DNA of 63,774 bases, the filler included, from Lama guanicoe (lineage: Eukaryota): NCBI GenBank assembly GCA_013239625.1. It is 158 parts of 158 records of this genome, joined end to end, with 100 filler letters (N's around TTAATTAATTAA, not from the genome) between each part and the next. Parts side by side here need not be neighbours in the genome. Positions count along the whole stretch, not along the records: positions 49,294 to 49,596 come from PNXV01054814.1; positions 49,697 to 50,001 come from PNXV01054815.1; positions 50,102 to 50,406 come from PNXV01054816.1; positions 50,507 to 50,811 come from PNXV01054817.1; positions 50,912 to 51,216 come from PNXV01054818.1; positions 51,317 to 51,621 come from PNXV01054819.1; positions 51,722 to 52,026 come from PNXV01054820.1; positions 52,127 to 52,431 come from PNXV01054821.1; 150 more parts are not named here. One strand, 5' to 3'. The translations under genes were made by a program, and so were the position numbers. Shown here in pieces: positions 49,320-61,036 of the stretch; the stretch's first letter is position 1; each line of letters starts with the position of its first letter. The notes under the pieces are model-generated. The model was not told where the DNA came from and did no database searches. It was given only the letters and a program-made list of their open reading frames with translations.

Positions 49320-51384
49320 CTACCACACACTCAGAGACATGCATAAGCTGGTCACTCCCTCACGAAGGAAGAGAGCTCTATGGCAATCTAGGAATTAACA
49401 GGTAAAGTGTCTCTCTTCTAGTTCTAGTTTTTACACATGTTGGAATTTACGTCGGGTGAAAAATCCTCGGAAGGCCAGAGGACAGTATTTTCTTGAAATT
49501 GTATGGACAGTTTTTGAATTTACATGCTCTCATCAGTTCACCAGTTTGTATTTTCTAAGTCTGTAAATATCTCTAAAGATTAGGAAGAATGAGAAANNNN
49601 NNNNNNNNNNNNNNNNNNNNNNNNNNNNNNNNNNNNNNNNTTAATTAATTAANNNNNNNNNNNNNNNNNNNNNNNNNNNNNNNNNNNNNNNNNNNNTTGT
49701 TTATTAAGCAAAGTCTTGTTAAATAATATTCCAGCATCCTTTCCTAGGAGAAGTAACCTCATTTTAATACATCTGTGGATTATAAATCTGTTGATTGAAT
49801 GGAATAATAAATCCTAAAATCTACTGAGCCTTTCCTCTCAGTAGGTGACAGGTACTATGTAAACTTCTGGTGTATATTATTCCCTTTAATTCTTAGAATA
49901 TCCTTTAGAACACCTTTAAGAACTTGGCCACACGCTAGAATCTTAAGCAATTTCCCAGTCACCTTTCTAATCAGTGGTGGACCTGGCAGCCTAGAGTCTT
50001 CNNNNNNNNNNNNNNNNNNNNNNNNNNNNNNNNNNNNNNNNNNNNTTAATTAATTAANNNNNNNNNNNNNNNNNNNNNNNNNNNNNNNNNNNNNNNNNNN
50101 NTTCCTTTATCACCTGTACAAATTTATTATGTTTAAACAAACTAAAGTGGATTCTGTTTCTATGACTGTACTAGGACTGATATGACAACTCTGGAATATT
50201 CTTCCTTGTGTCTCTTTTTCCATGGAAGTGTGGTTGTGCCACTCAACAGTGTTATTTGGATGGAATTCCTTTTATTTCAGATACTGTGATCTTATTCCCT
50301 GACCACTGTTTTGTGGACAGTGGTCCCAGGCTGCATTGAATATGGTGCCCACTCTTAGCCCAGGAAACAGTCCCTGATCAAACATGAGTAATGAATTCCT
50401 CCCCTGNNNNNNNNNNNNNNNNNNNNNNNNNNNNNNNNNNNNNNNNNNNNTTAATTAATTAANNNNNNNNNNNNNNNNNNNNNNNNNNNNNNNNNNNNNN
50501 NNNNNNAGAATGAGACTCACTCAGGCATGGGAGTTGGCAAAGCAGGAGCAACAGAATGCCAAGAAGACAAGAGATACCAGGGGGATGTGAACGTTCCACT
50601 GGTGTGTATTTGCGAAAAAGCATTTGCTATGAGAAGCACATTTTTACTTTACTTAGTAGTACAAGCATGAAAATAAGCACAGCCTCTTACTTAAAAGAAA
50701 TCCAAGCAGATTTATTAAAATATTCAGCATTCTTATAACATACTAAGAATGTGTACAGGGCAATGTGTAGTCACTGTATAAAGTGAGTTTGCTAACTAGG
50801 ATCAAAAAAAANNNNNNNNNNNNNNNNNNNNNNNNNNNNNNNNNNNNNNNNNNNNTTAATTAATTAANNNNNNNNNNNNNNNNNNNNNNNNNNNNNNNNN
50901 NNNNNNNNNNNTTGCATTTCCCAGTCTAATATACTGGGACTCCTTCCATGCCATACTTCCTTGCAGAGGCAGTAATGGTTTCAGAGGGTGGTTGCTCTTG
51001 TGGTCCCGGGAGACAAGGGCTCATGACGTTGGGTGAGAGGGAAGGGGCTGGAGAACAAGGCAGTTTCTGGCGCGATTATTCTAAAGCAATTTGCCACATA
51101 ATTTTCTACAAGTTAAATTCCTGAGAGCCAGTGAACTGGCTGAGAAACAACTAAATGATTCTGCTAATTTTTTTTTAATCTTAATGTGCCCTTTCCCTGA
51201 GCTGGTACGTTGGAGTNNNNNNNNNNNNNNNNNNNNNNNNNNNNNNNNNNNNNNNNNNNNTTAATTAATTAANNNNNNNNNNNNNNNNNNNNNNNNNNNN
51301 NNNNNNNNNNNNNNNNACCGCCACCGGCGATCACAGCACAGATGCGCTAACACATTAGGGCTGCAGCACGGTCTTATTCTAATC

Positions 51385-51591
51385 CAGGGGTCCTCAACTA
51401 GGGGTGGTTTTGCCCACAAGGGACATTTATCAATGACTGGAGACATTTTTGTCCGGCATGACTGGGGAGATGTTACTGGCGTCTGGTGGGTAAGGGCCAG
51501 GGATGCTGTTCAATGTTCTGTGATGCCCAGGACAGTCTCCTCAGCAGTCACCCAGCCCAAATGTCAATATTCCCAAGGTTCAGAAGCCCTG
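51385..51591 (+). mobile_element. MER20 hAT-Charlie DNA transposon, near full length
   Basis: CAGGGGTCCTCAAC...GGGACATTT...TGGAGACATTTTTG...GGCCAGGGATGCTG...GCCCAAATGTCAATA...GGTTCAGAAGCCCTG, with imperfect terminal inverted repeats. Confidence 0.9.
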
Positions 51592-52126
51592 AACTGATCT
51601 AGCATCTTCTTTGTGGTGATTNNNNNNNNNNNNNNNNNNNNNNNNNNNNNNNNNNNNNNNNNNNNTTAATTAATTAANNNNNNNNNNNNNNNNNNNNNNN
51701 NNNNNNNNNNNNNNNNNNNNNAGTTTAACCAAAATGGTTACTTGACTTCATGTACCACTCAGTTGACTGAGGGCAGATGCTTAAGGTTGTCAAAAAAAAA
51801 TCATTTACTGTTTTATGGGAAGAAAATAAATACTCTGAAATATTTTGAATAATGGGAACCTAATAAAAATCATATACTAGGCTTAAAAGTAGAAGATGAC
51901 TTTGAATCCAAGTTCTAACACTTCCTACCTAAATGTTTTTTGCTAATCCATTTAATCATTTCATGAGATCAGTATTTCCTTCTTTCTATTCCACAGGAAG
52001 TTTAAGGGATTAATACAATAATATATNNNNNNNNNNNNNNNNNNNNNNNNNNNNNNNNNNNNNNNNNNNNTTAATTAATTAANNNNNNNNNNNNNNNNNN
52101 NNNNNNNNNNNNNNNNNNNNNNNNNN

Positions 52127-52375
52127 CTAGTGGCGACCAGTGAGAAGAGAGGAGGGGGAGGGGCACAATCGGAGTAGGGGGAATTCAGAGGTATAAACTG
52201 TTCGATGTAACACAAATAAGGTACAAGAGTGTATTGTGCAACACAGGGAAGAGAGCAGTATTTTATTATAACTATAAATGGAGTATAATCTTTAAAAAGG
52301 TTGAATCGCTATGTTGTACACCTGATGCTTATATAATATTGTACATCAACTATACCTTAATAAAACATAATAAAC
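52127..52375 (+). mobile_element. L1MA-type 3' UTR
   Basis: AACACAGGGAA...ATAACTATAAATGGAGTATAATCTTTAAAA...TGTTGTACACCTGA...TACATCAACTATACCTTAATAAAA. Confidence 0.9.
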
Positions 52376-52981
52376 ATTGATTAAAAAAAACATGTAATGA
52401 CGTCAACAGACACATCTAAGCCATGTGAGCGNNNNNNNNNNNNNNNNNNNNNNNNNNNNNNNNNNNNNNNNNNNNTTAATTAATTAANNNNNNNNNNNNN
52501 NNNNNNNNNNNNNNNNNNNNNNNNNNNNNNNTATAACTGACACATTTTCCCAAAATTCGTTTGTGCTTACTAACTCTGCAGTTAACACCCCGAAGATTTA
52601 ATTCATCAAAAGCAATCACTTAAGCAATGCACATGGGTATGTCTGTGCCCTGCGTTCTCACAGGCTGCCAAGCATGATACGGACATGAGACTAAGTTCAC
52701 CAGGAAATGAGTATGCATGTGACCCAGGGCCACACCAACTCATCTACTGTCCTGTGTCAGCAACTACAGCAGGAGGGGCTGTAAAACCTACAAAATTCTT
52801 CTGCCAGCTCTGAGATGACAACAGTACTTACAGGTTNNNNNNNNNNNNNNNNNNNNNNNNNNNNNNNNNNNNNNNNNNNNTTAATTAATTAANNNNNNNN
52901 NNNNNNNNNNNNNNNNNNNNNNNNNNNNNNNNNNNNTAATAGACTAGTAATGGAGGGAAAAGGTGAATTTAAAAAATTACT

Positions 52982-53128
52982 GGGGGAGGGTATAGCTAGC
53001 TCAGTGATAGAATGCATGCCTAGCATGCAGAAGGTCCTGGGTTCACTCCCCAGTACTACCATTAAATAAACAAACAAACAAGCCTGATTACCTCCCCCAC
53101 CAAAAAAAATTCTTTAAAAAAAAAACCC
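52982..53128 (+). mobile_element. Full-length camelid vic-1-type tRNA-derived SINE with TSD
   Basis: Head GGGGGAGGGTATAGCT, A box TAGCTCAGTGATAG, B box GGTTCACTCCC, A-rich tail. Flanked by AAAAATTACT (52972-52981) and AATAATTACT (53129-53138). Confidence 0.92.
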
Positions 53129-53746
53129 AATAATTACTAATAAGTACAGAAAATGTATAGATAAGGCAGACTTCCAGTCTTGCAGAACCACAATAGTAAT
53201 GACATGAATAGAGTGGGGATCTCGGGGGAGGAATCATCTGANNNNNNNNNNNNNNNNNNNNNNNNNNNNNNNNNNNNNNNNNNNNTTAATTAATTAANNN
53301 NNNNNNNNNNNNNNNNNNNNNNNNNNNNNNNNNNNNNNNNNAGATTAATTTTGTTCATAGGTTGATAAGAGGGGAATCAGCTTAAAAATTAGTTTCATCA
53401 AATGTTTTAATGAAAGTCAAAAGAAAAAAATTAGATTCAACATTCAATTTTTTATTGCTTAAAAAATCCTTCTTTAATAATGCATCTATTTTACAAATGA
53501 ACTCTGTGACCATTATGTGCCACTATCATTATTGTAGTAAACTGAGTCTGGTCTAAGTTAAGCAATGAATATTTTAATGCAGAGTTCTCTCCTGACTCAT
53601 TTCACCAATACAATTGGCATTTTTAGCAAAACCATTTTACTACTTANNNNNNNNNNNNNNNNNNNNNNNNNNNNNNNNNNNNNNNNNNNNTTAATTAATT
53701 AANNNNNNNNNNNNNNNNNNNNNNNNNNNNNNNNNNNNNNNNNNNN

Positions 53747-53960
53747 GCCGCTCCGCTCCGCGCTCCCCCGGCCACCCCGGACCTCCGCTCAGCTTCTCTC
53801 CTGAAGCGCCTGTGCGGGGAACGCAGGGCTGGCCGGGTAAAGACCCGAACCCGAACGCGGGGAGGGGGCGCCAGGGGTCCGGGGACAGCTCCGATCCGGA
53901 GGGTGGCGCTGGGCTGGCGACTACGCGGCGCGCTGTGGTCTTCAAGCCGCCTTGGCCACT
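53747..53960. promoter_or_regulatory. CpG-island fragment
   Basis: Dense CpG and very high GC, fading towards the 3' end. Confidence 0.7.
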
Positions 53961-54151
53961 GAGTTCCAGGGGTCAGTAGGTACCCCAACCCTTGAAACGG
54001 GGCACTCGTGGTGAGCCCTGTGGGGAACACGGAGACCCTGCCACCTCTTGGNNNNNNNNNNNNNNNNNNNNNNNNNNNNNNNNNNNNNNNNNNNNTTAAT
54101 TAATTAANNNNNNNNNNNNNNNNNNNNNNNNNNNNNNNNNNNNNNNNNNNN

Positions 54152-54456
54152 TACTTTTTATTAATTGTATTATGTTATATCATATCCAATTATAGCTTCT
54201 CCGCCTAGAATATTCTTTCCGAAGCTTCCGTTTCTGGGCTTTGTTCCCCCAGCCCGCTTTGCCTGTTTAAGTCCTGTTCTTCAGTACCCAGCGCAAGTAT
54301 CAGCTCTTCTATAAGCAGCCCCAAACGCCTTGTGTTTGTGACATATGTTTTCTCAAGTTCACCACTTCGATGGCACTTAGTCTGCTACATTATCTGTGCT
54401 CTCTCCCGTCTCCTCCACTGGGCCAACCTGGCCCATGAATCCTTTACTTGTATTCA
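54152..54456 (+). repeat. Copy A of a near-identical contig pair (assembly bubble arm)
   Basis: Same 305 bp as 54962-55266 with 9 substitutions and identical ends. Confidence 0.97.
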
Positions 54457-54556
54457 NNNNNNNNNNNNNNNNNNNNNNNNNNNNNNNNNNNNNNNNNNNN
54501 TTAATTAATTAANNNNNNNNNNNNNNNNNNNNNNNNNNNNNNNNNNNNNNNNNNNN

Positions 54557-54800
54557 TGCTGAGCCTGCGCGGTGGCCGCCGCCGCCTCCCCGCTGCCGGG
54601 AGCGCGCGGTCGCAGGTGAGTCACAGGGTCCGTGACGCGCACCGCCTGGAGCCGCCTGCGAAGCGCGGCCGGTCCTCGCGCTTCTCCCGCCGCGCGCGGG
54701 CTCCGTCTCCCCGGGCCTCCGAGGGCCCGGGGCGCGCTGGTCCCCGCCGCCCGCACGGCTCTGCTCTTGCGCCGTCTCCCTAGCTAGGCTCACGTCTTAC
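54557..54800 (+). promoter_or_regulatory. CpG-island fragment with probable first-exon splice donor
   Basis: CpG-dense; consensus donor CAG|GTGAGT with GT at 54616. Confidence 0.7.
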
Positions 54801-54961
54801 TTCTCCGCGGGGAGCTCGTGCCAACTCGTCCAGTTCCAGGCGAAGAGCTGTGGGTGGACTCNNNNNNNNNNNNNNNNNNNNNNNNNNNNNNNNNNNNNNN
54901 NNNNNTTAATTAATTAANNNNNNNNNNNNNNNNNNNNNNNNNNNNNNNNNNNNNNNNNNNN

Positions 54962-55266
54962 TACTTTTTATTAATTGTATTATGTTATATCATATCCAAT
55001 TATAGCTTCTACACCTAGAATATTCTTTCCGAAGCTTCTGTTTCTGGGCTTTGTTCCCCCAGCCCGCTTTGCCTGTTTAAGTCCTATTCTTCAGTACCCA
55101 GCGTAAGTATCAGCTCTTCTATAAGCAGTCCCAAACGCCTTGTGTTTGTGACATATGTTATCTCAAGTTCACCACTTCGATGGCACTTAGTCTGCTACAT
55201 TATCTGTGATCTCTCCTGTCTCCTCCACTGGGCCAACCTGGCCCATGAATCCTTTACTTGTATTCA
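54962..55266 (+). repeat. Copy B of the near-identical contig pair
   Basis: Same 305 bp as 54152-54456 with 9 substitutions. Confidence 0.97.
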
Positions 55267-55366
55267 NNNNNNNNNNNNNNNNNNNNNNNNNNNNNNNNNN
55301 NNNNNNNNNNTTAATTAATTAANNNNNNNNNNNNNNNNNNNNNNNNNNNNNNNNNNNNNNNNNNNN

Positions 55367-55671
55367 TCCAGCAATCCCACTTCTGGTGATATACCCAAAG
55401 AAATCAAAACACTAACTTGAAAAGATAAAAGTACTCCCATTGCAGCATCCCTCACAGTAGCCAAGAAATACAAGCTACCTAAGTGTTCATCAACAGATGT
55501 GTGGATAAAGTTGTTATACGTACATATATATGACAACATGGATGGACCTTGAAAGCTAACGTGAGATAAATCAGATGGAGAAAGACATACCCTGTGTGAT
55601 TTTATATGTGGAATCTGGGGGGAAAAAAAACTCATAGAAAAAGAAATCATATTTGTGGTTAACAGAAGTGG
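55367..55671 (+). mobile_element. LINE-1 ORF2 3' end fragment
   Basis: CCAGCAATCCCACTTCTGG...AAGTGTTCATCAACAGATG...ACAACATGGATGGACCTTGA...TATATGTGGAATCT. Confidence 0.9.
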
Positions 55672-55771
55672 NNNNNNNNNNNNNNNNNNNNNNNNNNNNN
55701 NNNNNNNNNNNNNNNTTAATTAATTAANNNNNNNNNNNNNNNNNNNNNNNNNNNNNNNNNNNNNNNNNNNN

Positions 55772-56076
55772 AAAAAAATAGAAAAGATCAATGAAACTAA
55801 ACCTGGTTCCTTGAAAGATAAACAAAATAGATAAACCTTTAGTCAGACTCATCAAGAAAAGAAGGGGAGTGGGCCCAAATCAAAAAAACAGAAATGAAAA
55901 AAGAGAAGTTACAACTGACCCCACAAAATTACAAAGGATCATAACTACTATGAACAACTATACGCCAATAAAATGGGCAACCTAGAAGAAAGAGAGACAC
56001 AATTGCCCAAGACTGAACCAAGAAGAAATAGAAAGTATGAACAGACAAATTACCAATAATGAAACTAAATCAGTAA
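55772..56076 (+). mobile_element. LINE-1 ORF2 fragment (between EN and RT)
   Basis: ATAGAAAAGATCAATGAAACTAA...TACTATGAACAACTATACGCCAATAAAATGG...CCAAGACTGAACCAAGAAGAAATAGAA. Confidence 0.95.
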
Positions 56077-57884
56077 NNNNNNNNNNNNNNNNNNNNNNNN
56101 NNNNNNNNNNNNNNNNNNNNTTAATTAATTAANNNNNNNNNNNNNNNNNNNNNNNNNNNNNNNNNNNNNNNNNNNNCCAAGCCCGTCAGGCTGGCGAGAC
56201 AGAAATGACAACAGGTTCAGGACTCCTGCAGCCTCGAGGGAAACCCTGCAATAGGCAGCTCTCACACGTAAATACCCTGCACAACCAAGAGACTCGGGGT
56301 CTCCCGGACTCACATCAAGCCAATGAGTTTCTCTTCCACAAATGTGTTCTCACCTCAGCCACGACAAGTGACAGAGCTGCATGTAACTAGGGGTTTAAAT
56401 CAAAGATAAGCACAGGGTATTAAACATACACGGAGGGAAGAGCTAACTTGAATACAAGGTCAAGATCAGCAACAAGTCTACNNNNNNNNNNNNNNNNNNN
56501 NNNNNNNNNNNNNNNNNNNNNNNNNTTAATTAATTAANNNNNNNNNNNNNNNNNNNNNNNNNNNNNNNNNNNNNNNNNNNNGGTCCCTGGCTTTCGTCCT
56601 GCCCCTCCTCCTCCAGACTGGACTGCGGGACCTGGGGCCATGCACTGTCCTGCTACCCCTCTTCCCAGACAGGCCCCTCCTGCCAATACCGGCAGAGGCT
56701 GTGCAGTCCTGGTGAGGCACCTAGCTGCTGGCCGGTCCATACTTGCAACTTAAAGGGTGAGACAGTGAAAGTAAGGTCCTCTCTGCTCCCGGGGAGTCAG
56801 CACAGCACTCGACTCCCAGTGGTTCTCTCTCCCTCCAGGTGATGGGACCACTGATGGCAGCCCCCTCTCACACCAGGGAGCCTCCANNNNNNNNNNNNNN
56901 NNNNNNNNNNNNNNNNNNNNNNNNNNNNNNTTAATTAATTAANNNNNNNNNNNNNNNNNNNNNNNNNNNNNNNNNNNNNNNNNNNNAATACAGATACATA
57001 AATAAATGGGAGGCTTCATACACCAGAATTCCTTGTCCAACTCCATCTCTGACCATTCCAGACCACCAAAGAGATCACTTAGATTCCTTTTTGTGAGGAG
57101 AAATGACACCTATGCATGTATATATTCAGGCTCTTCTGGGGGTCCTCATTGGATAGAGCAAAGCCAGAGTCTTGGTTTAAAAAATCAAAACTTTAAAGAT
57201 TTCCAAAGGAAGTGGACTATAAAACAATTCAGTTTTCTACAAAATTACTCTATTGAGTTTATGCTGATCAGCTGAGTACAAATTCAGGAGANNNNNNNNN
57301 NNNNNNNNNNNNNNNNNNNNNNNNNNNNNNNNNNNTTAATTAATTAANNNNNNNNNNNNNNNNNNNNNNNNNNNNNNNNNNNNNNNNNNNNCTAGTCACT
57401 TTTAACTTACTGTCCTCCTCTCACCTGGAATGTTTTTCCTCCAATTCTTCTCCATCCCACACAATGTTCAAATAACTACAAATATTGTGCTTTCATGTGC
57501 TCATTTCACCATCTAGTTGATGAGTTACTTGTGAAAGTGAGTCTTAATTTATTTATTTTTTTGATATTGTTCCCAGTGTCTGGTGGAATGTACTACACAA
57601 CTGACATTCAGAGCATTTTTTTAGTTCTAACTGTAGATTTTCGTGGAACCTCTGAATCATCATTCTGAGTAAAAATTCAGATTTTATGGGATGATCNNNN
57701 NNNNNNNNNNNNNNNNNNNNNNNNNNNNNNNNNNNNNNNNTTAATTAATTAANNNNNNNNNNNNNNNNNNNNNNNNNNNNNNNNNNNNNNNNNNNNCTTA
57801 TGTAAGAACAAAAAGGGATTTTGCTTTCAAAATTTCAACCAGGAGGAAAAAACATAGTGAAGGGATAGATGAAATAAGATTTGC

Positions 57885-57985
57885 CAAATGTCAAATCTGG
57901 TGAATAAGTGCGTGGAGGTTGAGTATATACTATTCTCTCTACCTCTGTGTATGTTTGAAAATTTCCATAATGAAAACTAAAAATA
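57885..57985 (+). mobile_element. Old L1M 3' terminus
   Basis: TATACTATTCTCTCTACCTCTGTGTATGTTTGAAAATTTCCATAATGAAAA. Confidence 0.7.
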
Positions 57986-59416
57986 AATAAAGTCTGCTTG
58001 TCCTCTTTATAATTTAATAATAGGGGATATTTGCCCTTTCTCTGCATTCTGTTTAAGGTGTGTGTGAGTGAGTAATGTAACGTAGAAAAGGAAAAAAAAA
58101 ANNNNNNNNNNNNNNNNNNNNNNNNNNNNNNNNNNNNNNNNNNNNTTAATTAATTAANNNNNNNNNNNNNNNNNNNNNNNNNNNNNNNNNNNNNNNNNNN
58201 NTTAGCAGGTCAGGTCAGAAGGCTGGGAGTTCCACGTCAACAAGGAGGAGATTAAAACCATGAGTGTGATATCAGGAAAGACAGAAGACATGTGTGTGCC
58301 CAGACCAAGAGAAACCCCAGGACTTGCACTGCACTGGGCCAATGTGTTGTGAGCATCGTGTCCCATCCAAGATTTGCACTGTAGGAGAGAATTTAGCAAG
58401 TGAAATGACGAGAGAGAAGCTATGGCAGGGTGGCTGTAGGTCTGGGAATGACATCACATGAGGAACAGAAGGTGTGGCAGATATTTGGCTTGAGGAAGAG
58501 AACTTANNNNNNNNNNNNNNNNNNNNNNNNNNNNNNNNNNNNNNNNNNNNTTAATTAATTAANNNNNNNNNNNNNNNNNNNNNNNNNNNNNNNNNNNNNN
58601 NNNNNNGAGAGATATAAATGTCAATCTTTCCCTTGAAATGTAAACAACCATGTTTAGGAAAAAGCCCACAATGGGTACATAACAAATATCAAAAGGAAAG
58701 GGAATTTCTTAGAATTGCAGGTGTCATCAATCTAGATATAGAGACCATGGCTCTCTCATTGATACTGTTCAGTGAATGAAGACAGAAATATACTTTACTT
58801 CTTAATACTACTAAAACATATTGGTCAGATGCAATAACTCAATTTCTAGAAGAAGTGAGAGAAATAAATTACTTTTTCTTCCAATTTTCCTCAACTTCTG
58901 TGGATGAGAAANNNNNNNNNNNNNNNNNNNNNNNNNNNNNNNNNNNNNNNNNNNNTTAATTAATTAANNNNNNNNNNNNNNNNNNNNNNNNNNNNNNNNN
59001 NNNNNNNNNNNTGACCTTTAGGCTGTGTTCAATTCCTTTCCATTAAAGGGTGTTACACTGAGTTGGTGTTAGTGTTACGTGAAAGATTTGATCTTATTTT
59101 CCCTTTCTTTTCCCTCAGTACATTTCAGCATGTTTTCCTGAATATCTTTCAATGATCTGTGCGCTTGTCATTTTTATTATGCGTGGAGGTCCTTAATTTA
59201 AAACATGAATAAATTAATACGTATCGACGATTCTCAATACTCAGCCTTAAAATCTTTGCGTTTATCCTTTCTTCTCAAGCTGGTCAGAATATGCTGGAAT
59301 TCGTGTTAAACAGCTCNNNNNNNNNNNNNNNNNNNNNNNNNNNNNNNNNNNNNNNNNNNNTTAATTAATTAANNNNNNNNNNNNNNNNNNNNNNNNNNNN
59401 NNNNNNNNNNNNNNNN

Positions 59417-59721
59417 TTTTTTTTTTCTGTATATACATTTAAGACACATCTTTATCTGTACTCGAGTATAGATTTGACTGTGTCTCACCAGTTTTACGTG
59501 TCAGATATTCAGTTAGAAATATTTTGATTGCTACTGTGACTTTCCCTTTGTTCCAGTGGTTATTTGAAATTATTTGTTTCAGTTGCCAAACATTCAGGTT
59601 TCATAGAGTTACTTTGAATACTGATTTCTTGATTAATTCCATTATGATCCAAGAATATCCTTTTGTATCTTCAGTACTTTTAACTTCATTGAGCAGTACT
59701 TTATGGCCTAACATATGACCA
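59417..59721 (-). mobile_element. Old LINE-1 ORF2 fragment
   Basis: GTTATTTGAAATT...TTAATTCCATTATGATC...TTTATGGCCTAACATATGA. Confidence 0.65.
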
Positions 59722-59884
59722 NNNNNNNNNNNNNNNNNNNNNNNNNNNNNNNNNNNNNNNNNNNNTTAATTAATTAANNNNNNNNNNNNNNNNNNNNNNN
59801 NNNNNNNNNNNNNNNNNNNNNACTGCATCTTGCTCAATCATGCATTCAAAGGATTCCCTCTGGCTTCAATAAGCTGTTGAACAT

Positions 59885-60126
59885 TGGGTTTCCTCAGAAA
59901 CCAACTTTAAGATGGAGGTTGGTATGCATAAAATTTATTAGAGAGTGCTCTTGGGATCAATACCTGAGGAAGGAAAAGGAAGGGAAAGGAGCAAAACTAG
60001 GCAAAGGAAGAAGCCAGGTTCCTATGCAATCTAGTCAAAGGTCTCAGTCAACCCACAGAAAGTTCTAAAACTAGAGTGGCCCTTACTAGTTGTCCCCGTT
60101 GTGAAGAGGGGGCAAGGCCTTTATTA
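59885..60126. mobile_element. ERVL LTR (LTR33/LTR16-like) fragment
   Basis: TTTATTAGAGAGTGCTCTTGGGATCAATACCTG...GTCTCAGTCAACCCACAG...GAGTGGCCCTT...GTTGTCCC. Confidence 0.55.
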
Positions 60127-61036
60127 NNNNNNNNNNNNNNNNNNNNNNNNNNNNNNNNNNNNNNNNNNNNTTAATTAATTAANNNNNNNNNNNNNNNNNN
60201 NNNNNNNNNNNNNNNNNNNNNNNNNNTCTATTCTACAGTTTTGAAATCCCAGTTGATATTTTTATCTGAGTTAAGGATCTAAATTTTTTCCCTTATAAGT
60301 TTTCATAGTATCCCAGCATCATATATTGCTTTTTGTACAATATGCATTTTAAGAACTGAGAATTGATTAACTTACCAAAATAAAAATATGAGAAATGGAT
60401 ATTTAATCATCACCGTTTAGGAACTTACTTAATAATCCAGAATTTTTAAAAGTTTGTGGTTGGAAAAATACCTATAGTAAGAAAAAGAAAATGCTCAACA
60501 TTTAGTGATAATCAAAGTATCAGAAAAAAATNNNNNNNNNNNNNNNNNNNNNNNNNNNNNNNNNNNNNNNNNNNNTTAATTAATTAANNNNNNNNNNNNN
60601 NNNNNNNNNNNNNNNNNNNNNNNNNNNNNNNGGAACTCCCTCAGCCCAGTGCCTGTCACCTGCAGCAGTGGGAGGACGGAAAACCCGGGGCCTTCCAACA
60701 CTGGAGGCAGAAGAAGGCTAGACCTCGTGTCAGCAGGCCCTGGTGGAGCCCCCACCTCACACCATAACAAAAGCCTACTTCAGGTAGATTTAAAACCTAA
60801 GGACAAAAGGCCAGACTGTTTTTTTCTTAATTCTGCTAATGTATGACAAGTCCCCAAGGGAGATAAAAGAGTCGTAGCATTTCCCAACTTGTTAGACCGT
60901 GGAAACCTTTTTTCATGGAAAACCTCAGATGAACACNNNNNNNNNNNNNNNNNNNNNNNNNNNNNNNNNNNNNNNNNNNNTTAATTAATTAANNNNNNNN
61001 NNNNNNNNNNNNNNNNNNNNNNNNNNNNNNNNNNNN

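Noticed and set aside
52982..53060. tRNA-like sequence with A and B boxes
   Set aside because: It has an A-rich tail, a TSD and diverged sister copies, so it is a SINE rather than a tRNA gene.
56582..56886. Possible exon, short intron (56771-56838), exon arrangement
   Set aside because: Several competing splice sites, borderline intron length and no recognisable translation.
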